Source: Lingula anatina
Lineage: Eukaryota; Animalia; Brachiopoda
Length of the DNA: 64,000 nt
NCBI GenBank assembly: GCA_051362555.1
Contig: CM120640.1
Coordinates: 69,728,788 to 69,792,787 of the forward strand
Reading direction: 5' to 3'
A program made the position numbers and the translations under genes. The notes under the pieces are model-generated. The model did no database searches. It had not been told where the DNA came from and saw only the letters and a list, made by a program, of their open reading frames with translations. How positions within the stretch are numbered: the first letter of the stretch is position 1; every line of letters begins with the position of its first letter. Shown piece after piece: positions 53,301 through 64,000 of the stretch.

Positions 53301-54144
53301 TGCAGATAATGGTAAAACATTTGTAACGTTGAAACACTAAATGTATACTTTAACTTATTACGTGGCTACACATTTTGTAGCTCGCTGAATGGTCATGAGT
53401 CAGTATCATGCAGTCATTTATTTTAGTGAGTTGACCTTTTAATTGGATCAGTCTTCTCCTTCTTTGATCTCCACTACATGAGATAGGTCCTTCACCAATT
53501 AGTTGTCCATGTGTCTTAATTATTTTCAGTTATCTCAAAAGTTTGTGATCACTTAACAAAGCAGTTATAAACTTTGTGCTTCAGTCTTGGTTAGGTTCTA
53601 CCTGAAGCTTAGATGCTGAGATGATTGACCTCCACCTTCAGTGTCAGCCAGCTTTGGGTTGAACCTTACAAAGAGGCTCAAAGTGTTATCATTCAGTAAA
53701 ATAAATCTATGTTCTTTTACTCTGTGTTAGTTATTGTTGAGAAGCTCCTTTGTCATTTATTTATGAAGATGCTTCATTGAATAATTTTAGTTTATTGATC
53801 TTGGTGGAGCCATCACTCTTGGTACTCTGGAGAACCTGAGTAGCAAAGCAGCCACAACTACCAACACATCCTCGTCATCTACTCTGAAATCCCTGCCTAC
53901 TATCACAGTGACCCCAGCAACCACGGGACTGACCACTACCCCTGCCAAGGGACTGGCCACTACTCCTGCCACAGGGCTGGCCACTACACCTGCCACTGGG
54001 GGCAGCACCAGCACAGCTAATACCACAGTGACAGTACTGACATCAGGGACAGGTGCTTCAGGAACCAAGACCATAGTGGTGGTACCTGTCACTTCAGCTG
54101 GTTCTGGAGATGGACATGCAGCAAAGAAGTTTAAAGTTGGTTAA
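46676..54144 (+). CDS. RFX3: Regulatory factor X (RFX1/2/3-class) winged-helix transcription factor
   Basis: Exons 46676-46750, 47005-47101, 47289/47292-47427, 48115-48193, 48509-48649 (HTTRASPAT), either 49647-49828 or 49911-50092 (DBD), 50379-50495 (GNSKYHYYGIRIKP), 51084-51309, 51497-51585, 51742-51896, 52019-52116, 52334-52483, 52628-52836, 53139-53292 ([33 protein letters not shown], dimerisation domain), 53791-54144. Likely pro-orthologue of vertebrate RFX1/2/3. Confidence 0.95.
49647..49828 (+). CDS. RFX3: Rfx DNA-binding-domain exon, alternative A
   Basis: attcag|GTG...ACC AG|gtatta; 182 nt; VQWLIDNYETCEGVSLPRATIFNLYMRHCSETSQDPVNAASFGKLIRSVFLGLRTRRLGT(R). Confidence 0.9.
49911..50092 (+). 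CDS. RFX3: Rfx DNA-binding-domain exon, alternative B (not shown in the ORF track)
   Basis: ctctag|GTT...ACC AG|gtaaat; 182 nt; VQWLIDNYETAEGVSLPRSTLYSHYMHHCTESKLDPMNPASFGKLIRSVFLGLRTRRLGT(R). Confidence 0.92.
50338..50366. repeat. (TA)n microsatellite next to the acceptor of the exon following the duplicated Rfx exons
   Basis: Uninterrupted TA run ending 12 nt before the exon that starts at 50379. Confidence 0.9.
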
Positions 54145-56329
54145 GAGGTCCCTTCTGTAGTCTGAGCTTTGTTGATGGAATTAGACATGTATGAGCAGCA
54201 AGTACTGGTCAGCTTTGTAAGGCAAACTAGAACAACAATTATGCAACCTGTTACCATGACATTTCTCATAACTTAATTTCCAAGAGATATGTTCTGTATA
54301 TACAGCTTACACCCAAAACAGTGAGGTTTAATTTGTTGTTGTATTAAAGAAAAAAAAGGCCTTATAATAAATTTGATTTTATTACTTTGCCAAAATTGCA
54401 GTAGAAGTAGTAGATGTGTGTTATTTGGCATAAAAAAGTGACACCTCACCAAAGAACACTTGCATCCAGTTTAGTTGTAAATAAGTATTACCGAGTGCCT
54501 ATGCCTATATACATAAATAGTCATTTTCCATTTTGTGTGGTATAGTGATGTTCAGCGTAAAAAAAAGCTTTTATGTGGTCTGTATGAATCTACTTTGTGA
54601 ATAAAATTTGTAATGACATTGTCAGTTATCAAAAGAACATGAGCTGTGACCACATCGCCAATGGAGCATGATGAAATCCAAATATGCTGCAGTGCAGCAT
54701 TGGTAGACACTCTCTTGACTTATGTGCTGGGATTTCGAGAATCTTTACATCTTGCACACGGCTGAGCACCTTGAGATGTTTTGTTGTAAAATGTGACATT
54801 GTTGTTACAAGTTGTGCCTTAGATTACAAATGGAGTTGACGTGCTGTGATGCACTTTGTGATGTAGTGAGTACAAAAAGAAAAAATTTATATGTAATGTT
54901 TTTTTTTTCCTTGTAGGAATCTCAAAATAGCTTAAGGGTAGATTTAAAAATATTATATTGATTATTATTAAGAGTGCTTGACATATGTATAATACCTAAA
55001 TGTACAAATCCAGAGTCAAATGATCTATATTTTTCTGATGTGATACTAATAAGAATTGAATCTTGTAACTATATTTTACACTGTTTGTTAGGGTTTGATT
55101 TTATTTATTTTTTTTCAATTTTCATTTAATTATTTATTTTTTTGTGAAAAATTAGATTAAATTTTAGGATTTGCATATTTCATCTCTTACTTAGTTCGGT
55201 TGATGTAGTGTTTATTGTCATTGTCATTTTCAGTCATTTAAGTTTTTTTTTTTTTTTTGTCAAATTCTTTTTTAATTAATTAGAAAGTGTGTGTGAAATG
55301 TATTGTGCTTATAGATGTAGGATATCCATACTAGAAGACGTATAACTATTATATAAGGGGGTCTGCAAGAAACTACTATATTTTGCAGTATCAGTAATAA
55401 AAGGTTTTAATAAAAGTGATATTTTCATAATTAGATGTAGTATGGTGATGGATTGCCATGAAATTTACTTGACTGACTTGAAACCATTAGTTTACTATTT
55501 ATTTGTCTTACATAAGACATTGAGCAGTCATTGCTAGAGGGAGGGGAGGCATATAAGCATAAACCAGTAGATATAATTTGAATGTTTAATTCATTGCCTT
55601 TGGGGGAAGTAATTAAGGGTAATGAAACAAGTAATTTTAAGTTGATTTTATGCCATAATAGCTTCAAATTAATTGACATAATAAGTTGTTTTGTAAACCT
55701 GTTGTTTATCTGAAAGTCAATATGACAACTAAATTTTAAGTTTCTTTAAAAATATTTAATGGTTTAAATTATTTGAAGGGCAAAAGATTGTATTTATTGT
55801 TTTTTCTGACATTGTTACCTTTTAGTGCACTTTTGTTATATTTTGGTTCTGATTATAAAGGCCCACTCAAAATTTCATGTCAAAATGTCACAAGATGTGA
55901 ATAAAAGAAGCTTTTCTGTGAATGTGCATTTGTCTGTGTATTTTATCCCATATAATCATAATGTTTGACTTTACAATTTGGAAATTTTGTGTTCCAATCA
56001 TGTGGGTGCTAGGATAAATACACCTGATGGTAATTTCAACAGATGTTTGATGAGGTTCTAATCTACTGCAGCTTTATTATTATTTTCATTACCCAACATT
56101 TGTTAGAGCAATCGCTCTCGCAGGCAATTTTAGTGGAATCCTTTTTTAATTAAAACAAGCTTCAAGTTTATACTGTAAGCACCAGTTTATACTTGAGGTG
56201 ACCGATATTCTTGAAAGCTGGTACAGCATCATTTTATATATCAATTTACTTGTATTTAACCTCGGGCAAGACCATTGGGTTTTTCCATGGAATTCCCTTT
56301 TAGCCTCGATTTCGATTTGGAGTCCTTAG

Positions 56330-56450
56330 TGATCACGTGACTTCTAAAAATGGCGGCCAATCTTTTGAAGTCGAAGGATAAAAACTTCCGAGATAATGTT
56401 ATAGTTTACATTTGAGTTGAAGCCACTGTGAACTATATGTACTACATAAG
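56330..56450 (+). other. Promoter and probable first exon of a downstream unidentified gene
   Basis: TCACGTGAC E-box/CLEAR-like motif and YY1 motif AAAATGGCGGC, followed by a perfect donor AAG|gtaagt at 56450/56451 and a CpG-enriched flank. No downstream coding exon was recognised in the window. Confidence 0.5.
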
Positions 56451-59400
56451 GTAAGTTTAATGTCTTGTAGTTTCAGTTATCACAGATTAGTCCGAAAAAT
56501 GCCTAGGACTTAAACTTTTATGCCTTACTTTACCATGCATGACGAACACGTACTCGCGTTGAGCGGATACTGTCAGTGTCATTGTGCAAGTGTGTCGAAT
56601 CAATACCTCATGTCTTTTTACTTCAGACATCATATTATTTCGTCGTAGATAGTGCTGTTAGGGCTTATTCTCGATTTCCATGTTTTATTGTTCCTGTTTC
56701 ATCTTGCTACAACTTGAGCTTGAAATCGACTGTGACCAAAATTATATACATCGTCTCTAAAAGGCAAAGACGTTTCGCACAAATAACACAATTTGCCATT
56801 GCTCTACCTAAGAGGTATATCTCATAACGAATGCTGTACGTTATTTAACAAAGATTATTAACAATTTTTTTAAATATGAAACTATACATACTAGTACTAA
56901 CGTTAATGTTTTTCGTGATTACTTGCTAGAATAAACCTAAATCAGTAAATATTTTTCTTATACATCTTGATATATATTTTAGTTTATCTAGGATGGTTGG
57001 AATCATTTTATTTTTTATTTTAATAATGTCTGAAGTAATATCAGAAAAAACAAGGATATTGCTGCATCAATTTCTTCTGTCAGGTCAGGAATTGAGACTG
57101 ATATGAAAAAAGAACAAAAAATACCTTTGGCTTTTTAAGGCTGTGAACAATTGTAATTAGAAGCAACATAAGGAAGTTTATTCTGCAAACATTGACTCTC
57201 TAAAATATTTAATCCCTGTCTTTAACCCGCTAGTGTGCCACTTCTTTTACACATGTATGTCACACAATAGGAAACTTGAGCTGACATTTACCTTTTGGGG
57301 TTGGTCATCAAAGAAGAACTGAAGGTATATCCTGCAGTGTTGTATTCAGTCAACAAAGGCAGTGAATAGAGTATTGGGAGCCACTGCATAGTTGGCAGTT
57401 GCTTTGCTGTTTGCAATATGAAGATAGGTTTGAGTTTGATCTTGAGTCTGTCAAATGTTATGTAGACAAATGATTGGCGTTCTGAACGTATTTTTGTTAT
57501 AAGCAACCTGAAGGTATATATGATTTCTATGGGACTTTGGACTGATTTTATGAAGTTCTAACCTATTTTTAAAGATTATGTCCAAATTATGATTGAACAT
57601 AAATGGTAAGTTATATTCTAACTATAAATTCAGACCAGTTTTCTTTTTCTGATATTAGACCTTTGGCTTTTTTCCTTAAAAAGACTTTTAAAACATACCT
57701 GAAAATATGAGAATTTGGTATTGATGTGCATCAAAATAACCTGAAGTTTTACTCAAGACTCCTAATTATCATATGCAGGTGTATAACCTGTAACAGCATG
57801 GCAGAGAAGGGACTGGTTTGTCATCAATCTTTTCAGATAAAAATGACTTGATTTCTCTCTGTACACCCCCCCCACCCCCCCACCCCCCGAGATAACGGGT
57901 GTTAGAGAGCACTTAGATGCAAGAGGTGATGGAATTTTACATGACCTAAACTGAATCTAAGAGTTAAATATTATATAATTTAAGAAGAAAGAACTATAGC
58001 TGTCTTGATGGGATGTCTCTGAAGGAAATGGCCTACATCTGTCAGAGGGAGAGGGGAAGTGTGTGTTTGTAGTCTATATATTGGTGCCAGAGGAGATGTA
58101 GCTGAGAGTACTGGTTTGACTGCAGACAGCTGGGGTCTATGGCTTGTCCTAGGCTAGTTAATAGTGGTGGCAGGTGGGAAGATACTTAACAAATGGGAGG
58201 AGAATCACGCCAACCACTATTAGAACATGCTATGCTATTTTAGAGCTGTTACACAGGCACTTGGAAAACCATGCCTGAAGAAAGCCAGGGCATGGGCAGC
58301 TGTAAGTTGTGGCCTTTTTATGATGTAACACAAAGTGAAAAATTGTGTTTAAGTGCATATTATCAGAATATTGTAGGAGATCAAACTAAGTTATAAATTT
58401 GATGTTTATCATCTAATATACTATTACTAATGATACTTTTTAAACAAAAAAATTGGATTTTCCAAATTTTGCAACACCTGAGCTTAGTCCAGTGCTTTTA
58501 TTGTACATAAACATTTACTAGTACTTTGCTCATTACCAGAACTAGCAGCTAAATATATATGTTATTGAAAAATGCATGAAAATCAGCCACTTAGTCAGGG
58601 CCAGTGCCATGGATAAAATTATTATTATTATTTTTTCTTTGCTGGGGTACCTTTCCACCAATGATTGAACTTTGGATGTTTTTAGTAAATTAATAATAAA
58701 TAAAATAAATCATTTGGACCAATAATGCACACCCATAAAAAGTGAAGTGGGTTTTACTTGCTGCCCTTTGGTAAACTTTTGGTTCATGGTGGTTCCTCAT
58801 TTTGTTTCTTATCTTCTGTGTAACTAGGAGGAGTCTCCTCATTATACCTCTCTGATGTACATTAAAACCCCATATAACTGTCTCGTCTGAATCTCAGGGA
58901 GTCATATTTTATATTGTATATAACTGTTTAACAAACCATAAATAGACTGACTAATTGCTCATTTTAGAATTTTTAGTCCAAACTATTTGAGATCTCTTCC
59001 TTAAGTGACATTATATCAGGCTGTGTTTATTATCTTCAATGATTCCTTTTGTTGAGTAAAAGTTAGAACATTCATTGCTTGATCCATGCTAGGCTCCAGC
59101 ATTTAACTTTTTGTGAAGTCTTTTTTGTAGCGTTGCAAGACAAAATTAAAAATTGATCAAAATTGGAATTCTTTGTTAGAGTTTGATTGCATTTTCATGA
59201 CATTGGAATGCTCTATTCATATGTCCAAAATTATTTATATAAATTATTTATACTACATAAACTGAAATATAAACAATAATTTTAACTTTTGGTATGAATG
59301 GCAAATTCAGATGTTTGACTGCTGGAAGCTCATTAGTTTGAAACACATTGATGGAGTAACTGGATTGCATACCATAGTCTACGGTGTCACAGTGTGGAAT

Positions 59401-62400
59401 AATGAGCAATCTGAGGCGTATTACGTCATGCAGAGCTGCCTGCTTGATACTTGTTTTTAAAAGTCAAGAGAAACCAAGTCAACACCTGAGGTTATTAACT
59501 GTTTTGGATTTTGAACAGTTTCAGTGAAGAGACGGGATGTTGTTTATGTATAATGTATGGTTAGTGTGACTGTCCTACATAGCCTGAAGTACATCTGATA
59601 GCTGGGAACACACACAACACTTTATTGCATCCCATTTGAAAAAAAAACAAAAAAACTTAGGATGAGCAAAATATTTGACCAAAAGGAAAGCTGTATTTCC
59701 AAGTAGGTTTGAAGCTGAGAATACTATCACTGTGGAGAGAATATGTCTACAATTTTCAGATTGTATAAATTTGGTTATCAAGTTGAGGAGATACGGCCTC
59801 CATACGTCACACGCCTAGAAGGCAATTCTACCTTCCCTATATGTATCCTTATCTCTGGAGAACTATGTGGTTAAAGAGATTAAGATACCTTTATCTTTGA
59901 AATTATTATCCAGTTTGGGCATTGTAGAAGAGGGGTAAATTTTTTTCCTGTTTTCCTCCCGACTTTCAATCACTTCAAACTTTAGTTGAATGTAATGTAA
60001 ATCTTATCCCTACATTATTCATACTATCCAATTTTCTGTTTGACAATGTTTGGACAGTAAATGTTATTAACATCCTTATAGTGATATGGCTGCTACAAGT
60101 TCTTAGTCATGTATCTATACAGACTCTTCCTATGTGTTACTGTTGATAGTTGTAACATTGTTTGTTGTGTGCCCCCCCCCCCCAAAAAAAAAAAAAAAAA
60201 AAAAAACACTATCTAACTACTTGGCACAATAAAGCTCATTTTTACAGGTGTCCATTCCACCATAGGTGGAGTTTGACCAGAAAAACATAATTAATATACA
60301 GTCCAATTTTTAACTTGGACTTGTTTACTTTGACTTTGCCATTGTTTGTCAGCTCCCTACTGGACCTGTTCTACATTTGGTCAATGAGATTTAGGAAAAG
60401 TTGGTTGTCTTAAATCCTCTTAATCAAATAACTTAATGGATTTCCTCCTCTATTCAACTGGCCCTGTTTCCCTGTGACCCACCCCTCGGTTACCTGAGGC
60501 ATTTCTCAATATAACACTAAGTCGATTTTGCAGTCACACACGTATTGATTTTTACAAGGGCATTGAGCAGTACAGGAATTTTAGGGTTCAGTCCTGAGCT
60601 CTTGTGTCTAAGCTGTGGAGTCGACCGTTATTCAATAAATGATTAATGACTAATTGACTTGGGATTTAAACAGTCACTGTCAAGGTATACAGGTATACAG
60701 GTGTGTCTGATGGTGGTTACTTTACCTGTGTGAGACCTGCTCTACCTGGTTTATCGATAAACTTTTTTTGTAATTTATAGGCACAAGAAAGATGATTTGT
60801 GGTATTGTAAAGCGAGTGAACGTTTGAAGAAGAAAAAATTAGAAAATTTAAAGTTTGCCAATATGTTGTCATTGAAAATATAAGGAAAAGAGGTATTTAC
60901 ACATTAGATTGCTTCAAATTTGGAATTTTGTCCATAATGTTAATTCAAGTTTAAAATTACTTATCCCAGAGGGCAACGGAGACCGACCTGGACCCTGGAG
61001 ATAAATTAGAAATTAATGAAATTTTATTTGATTTGAACTCTATATTGGGTGAATTAAGTTATGTGAAAGCAGTTGATAATGCAGGCGAATGCTGAGGTTC
61101 AGGCAGAAGTTTTTATTCAAGAGCGTGGAGAATTTAGCGGGGCATTGACTAAAGTCAATAATTGCCTGCTATGATTGGGATTAAATTACAGGCAGGCAAA
61201 CTTTAGATGTGACATTTAAAAATTTAGGCCAGTTATTGCCTGTCACCTTTCTGTGCAGTAAATAAACACTAAACACGCAGAGTGTTAACTTTGCTGCACC
61301 ACAAGGTATTCAAAAACTAACATGGTTTTCCTCCTTCTGCTACTGTTATCTATACACTGTTCTTTGTAAGCGTCTTTCTGGATCAAGATACCTGCTAATG
61401 TCAACACAGGAAATTGGGAGAGGAATTCTGAAACATAAAACCTTTAAAATGGGACTCATGTCACTGTGAAAGCTTGTGTGTCAATGTAAGCTAGGTTTAG
61501 TCAGGCTTAGTGCATGCTTAGTGCTCCCAAATTAGCCAGCCTCTCCTCTCTGCTTGTGTGCACAATGTACATATTCCATGGTCAAATGCTTTTATTTGTT
61601 GACTGAAAAAGAAAGTTGACAAACTAGGCTGGAATAAATCTATTCAGGAATTCAATTACACTGCAGTTTTCACCTTTGCTGGCCCACAATGCTCAGGTAT
61701 AGAAAAAAGCTGGTCTTGTGGAATTATTTGGTCGTAATATACAATCTGTAATAGATCTGGTGAGCACTGAATTGGTAGTAATGTGCTGTTGACCACTGAT
61801 AGTAATCCTTGCTGTGTGATATAGAAGAACTTGTCACTATTGAAGATTTAATCTATGTTTTGAAATGGGCCTAGAGGTTAGGATTATCAATTTTGTTAAC
61901 CAAATAATAGGTAGGGGGTTCTGTCATTTCTGTCCTGTCAATCACTCCAGACTTCAACTTTAAAGAATACTAATGAAGTATGGCCTTTTTTTGAAAATCT
62001 AAGATAGATTTCAGATTACACACATGCACCATCTGAAGCTTTCAACTTTTTTTACCCTTTCAAAATGAGAGAAAATCCATACATTTTAAACTCTGTTTTG
62101 ATCATTATGCTATTTTCGTGGCAATTAAGTCATGCAGACCACTTGCAGTCAGGACTGTAATCACAAACTGTATAAGAAAAAGATGTATAAAATAAACAGC
62201 TCTAGTGCTATCTCCTAGTGTTTGCCTTCATTGCAATTAAATCACTGGTATAAGACCACTGAAATAAGGGTCATTTTGAATTGTTCTGCTAGGATACCTA
62301 GCAGCCATTACTGACTGTTTTGTCCAGCTTCTTGGCTGACTTGATCAATACGATTCACTCATCAAGCTAGCAAAGGCATTCTGTGCATCTGTTCAACAAT

Positions 62401-62573
62401 AATTTTCTTTTTGGTATTAATCAATAATAACCAACGAAGTTATGTGGACTTGTGCTGTGACATAGCTGAGGCCCATGGGCTTTTGTTGTGAGGCTCACTG
62501 TCATATATAGCTAAGGCACAGGGATCGTGTTTTAAGATGGGTGAAGTTTAGATTCTGGCTCGTATTTGTACAG

Positions 62574-62598
62574 ATGGAGGCCACCTGGTGGCAGCTGG
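62574..62598. promoter_or_regulatory. CTCF-like motif
   Basis: GGCCACCTGGTGGCAG; the reverse strand reads CTGCCACCAGGTGGCC, matching the CCASYAGRKGGC core. Confidence 0.45.
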
Positions 62599-64000
62599 TC
62601 AAAAGATTGGTTCATACTTTTATCAGTATGACTTTTTTCACCCAGAGAGTGTCATATAGGTACTGACCATGTTAACGTGTCCATAACCAGCCTGGTTTCA
62701 GTCTGCAATGTAAGCCACTGGTCCTACACTCGTGGCTTGTAAAATTTTTATTTGAATCAGTGAATCCTGATTTGGACTAGTAGATTTTCGGAAAGCGGTG
62801 GTACGCGTGGCCAGTGAGCTGAAAAGTTCATGGCACTGCCACACAGACTGGTGGTGTATTGTCTTATAGGGCTACTTACCACAGGAAGTCAGATGGAAAG
62901 ACCCATGTCCAAACTGGTTCATTATTGTATAACAAGGGGAAGTGTACCTGCTAATAATAGGAATTAAGTATGCAAGGTGTCAGCCAGATATGAAAATTGG
63001 CAGCTTCATTTGGAAGATGTTTTTGTATCCGTTGCCATGTTATTCAAAACTTTATTTTTTTGGTCTTACACGAAAGCTGATTGTGCCAAAAGCTTTTTCA
63101 GTGGTGATGTCTTTCATAAGTTGATTTATTAAAAAATCCAATATTTGCAAAAAATATTGAAATATGTTGGTGTTGTTTTTGCAAGTTGCTTATTTAACTG
63201 GGTGACACAACTGCTATATGACTGTTGAAGAGATATATCACGCAATTGTGCATGAATGTGTATGCATTTATGTTGAGCAATTAAATAACACTGAAATATG
63301 CCTGTCTGGAAATGCTCTTGCTTTATCCTTGAAATGCTAAAGTTCTGTAATTTGACTCTAAATGACTAATTACTTCACATTAATCTCTCTTTGTTGTTTT
63401 GAATTGTTTGGCACTCATTAAAACTATTGCAATGTTAATTAGTTCATTTTCCATTGGTCAGGAATTTCAGATAATTGTCTAATTACCCATTCTAACAGGG
63501 AAGTAAGTTGGGATGAAGCTAGCTTTGACTCTTTCACCCTGCTAGCAAAAATATTGTTTTTATTGACATTACTTTTCAACAGCTGTATTGATGCATTGCC
63601 CTGTATTGATTTTATACAGATTCACCTGGATTTTAGTCCGCGTTCAGCAAAGCACAATGTCTTATACCAATAGCTAAACATAGCAGGGAACATTGGAGTG
63701 TGATTAAAGATGGGTGAGGCAAATGACCTCTGTTCATTCATGAGGCTGTTAGTGTGGCTTATTAAAACATACTTGGCACGTACTTGGACTGGATGATCTA
63801 TAAAGTGTGGATTGTTTTCTCCCTGTCTGGATGTCTGTCTGTCTGTCGAGAAGAGGTTGTTGTGACAGCACAAGTTTGTGCCTGTCTGTAGAAGATAGGC
63901 TTGATAAATTACTGGACTACTTTCACTTAGGTAAATGTAACAGATGTACCAGAATTATCCGATTGTTTGTTTTCAGACAATTTTCCTATTTAAATACTAC

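Noticed and set aside
54814-54821. miR-124 8mer seed match GTGCCTTA in the Rfx 3'UTR (also a miR-92 8mer on the minus strand at 21570-21577)
   Set aside because: Single seed matches occur by chance in multi-kb UTRs and cannot be supported without conservation data.
57288-57506. Minus-strand 72-aa ORF bounded by AG/GT-like sites
   Set aside because: No recognisable protein similarity and no partner exons found.
1-64000. CRISPR arrays, tRNA/rRNA genes, prokaryotic operons, autonomous transposase or reverse transcriptase ORFs
   Set aside because: None were seen; the sequence is spliceosomal eukaryotic DNA and most short ORFs in the track are intronic noise.

Overview
AT-rich, intron-rich animal genomic DNA. 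It is an invertebrate bilaterian, probably lophotrochozoan or mollusc-like, though that is inference only. Manual splicing gives four recognisable genes: the 3' part of a Glis1/3-type C2H2 zinc-finger gene (+, 4848-15809), the PDZ gene Tax1bp3/TIP-1 (-, 21928-28830), the nucleoporin Ndc1 (+, 29142-41190, head-to-head with Tax1bp3) and an Rfx1/2/3 gene (+, 46676-54144). A probable first exon of a further unidentified + gene lies near 56.4 kb. The main finding is that the Rfx exon encoding most of the winged-helix DNA-binding domain is tandemly duplicated as two intact 182-nt exons that can only be used mutually exclusively. Second, a spliced antisense gene for a 134-aa permuted papain/LRAT-like protein is nested in an Ndc1 intron between two TTA-flanked DNA transposons. 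Third, the Glis-Ndc1-Rfx linkage joins two separate human neighbourhoods (GLIS1-NDC1 and GLIS3-RFX3). There are also X-box clusters at the Rfx 5' end, a candidate Ndc1 microexon and several non-autonomous DNA transposons with clear TIRs and TSDs. Exon coordinates were derived by hand and family assignments are from memory; no searches were run.
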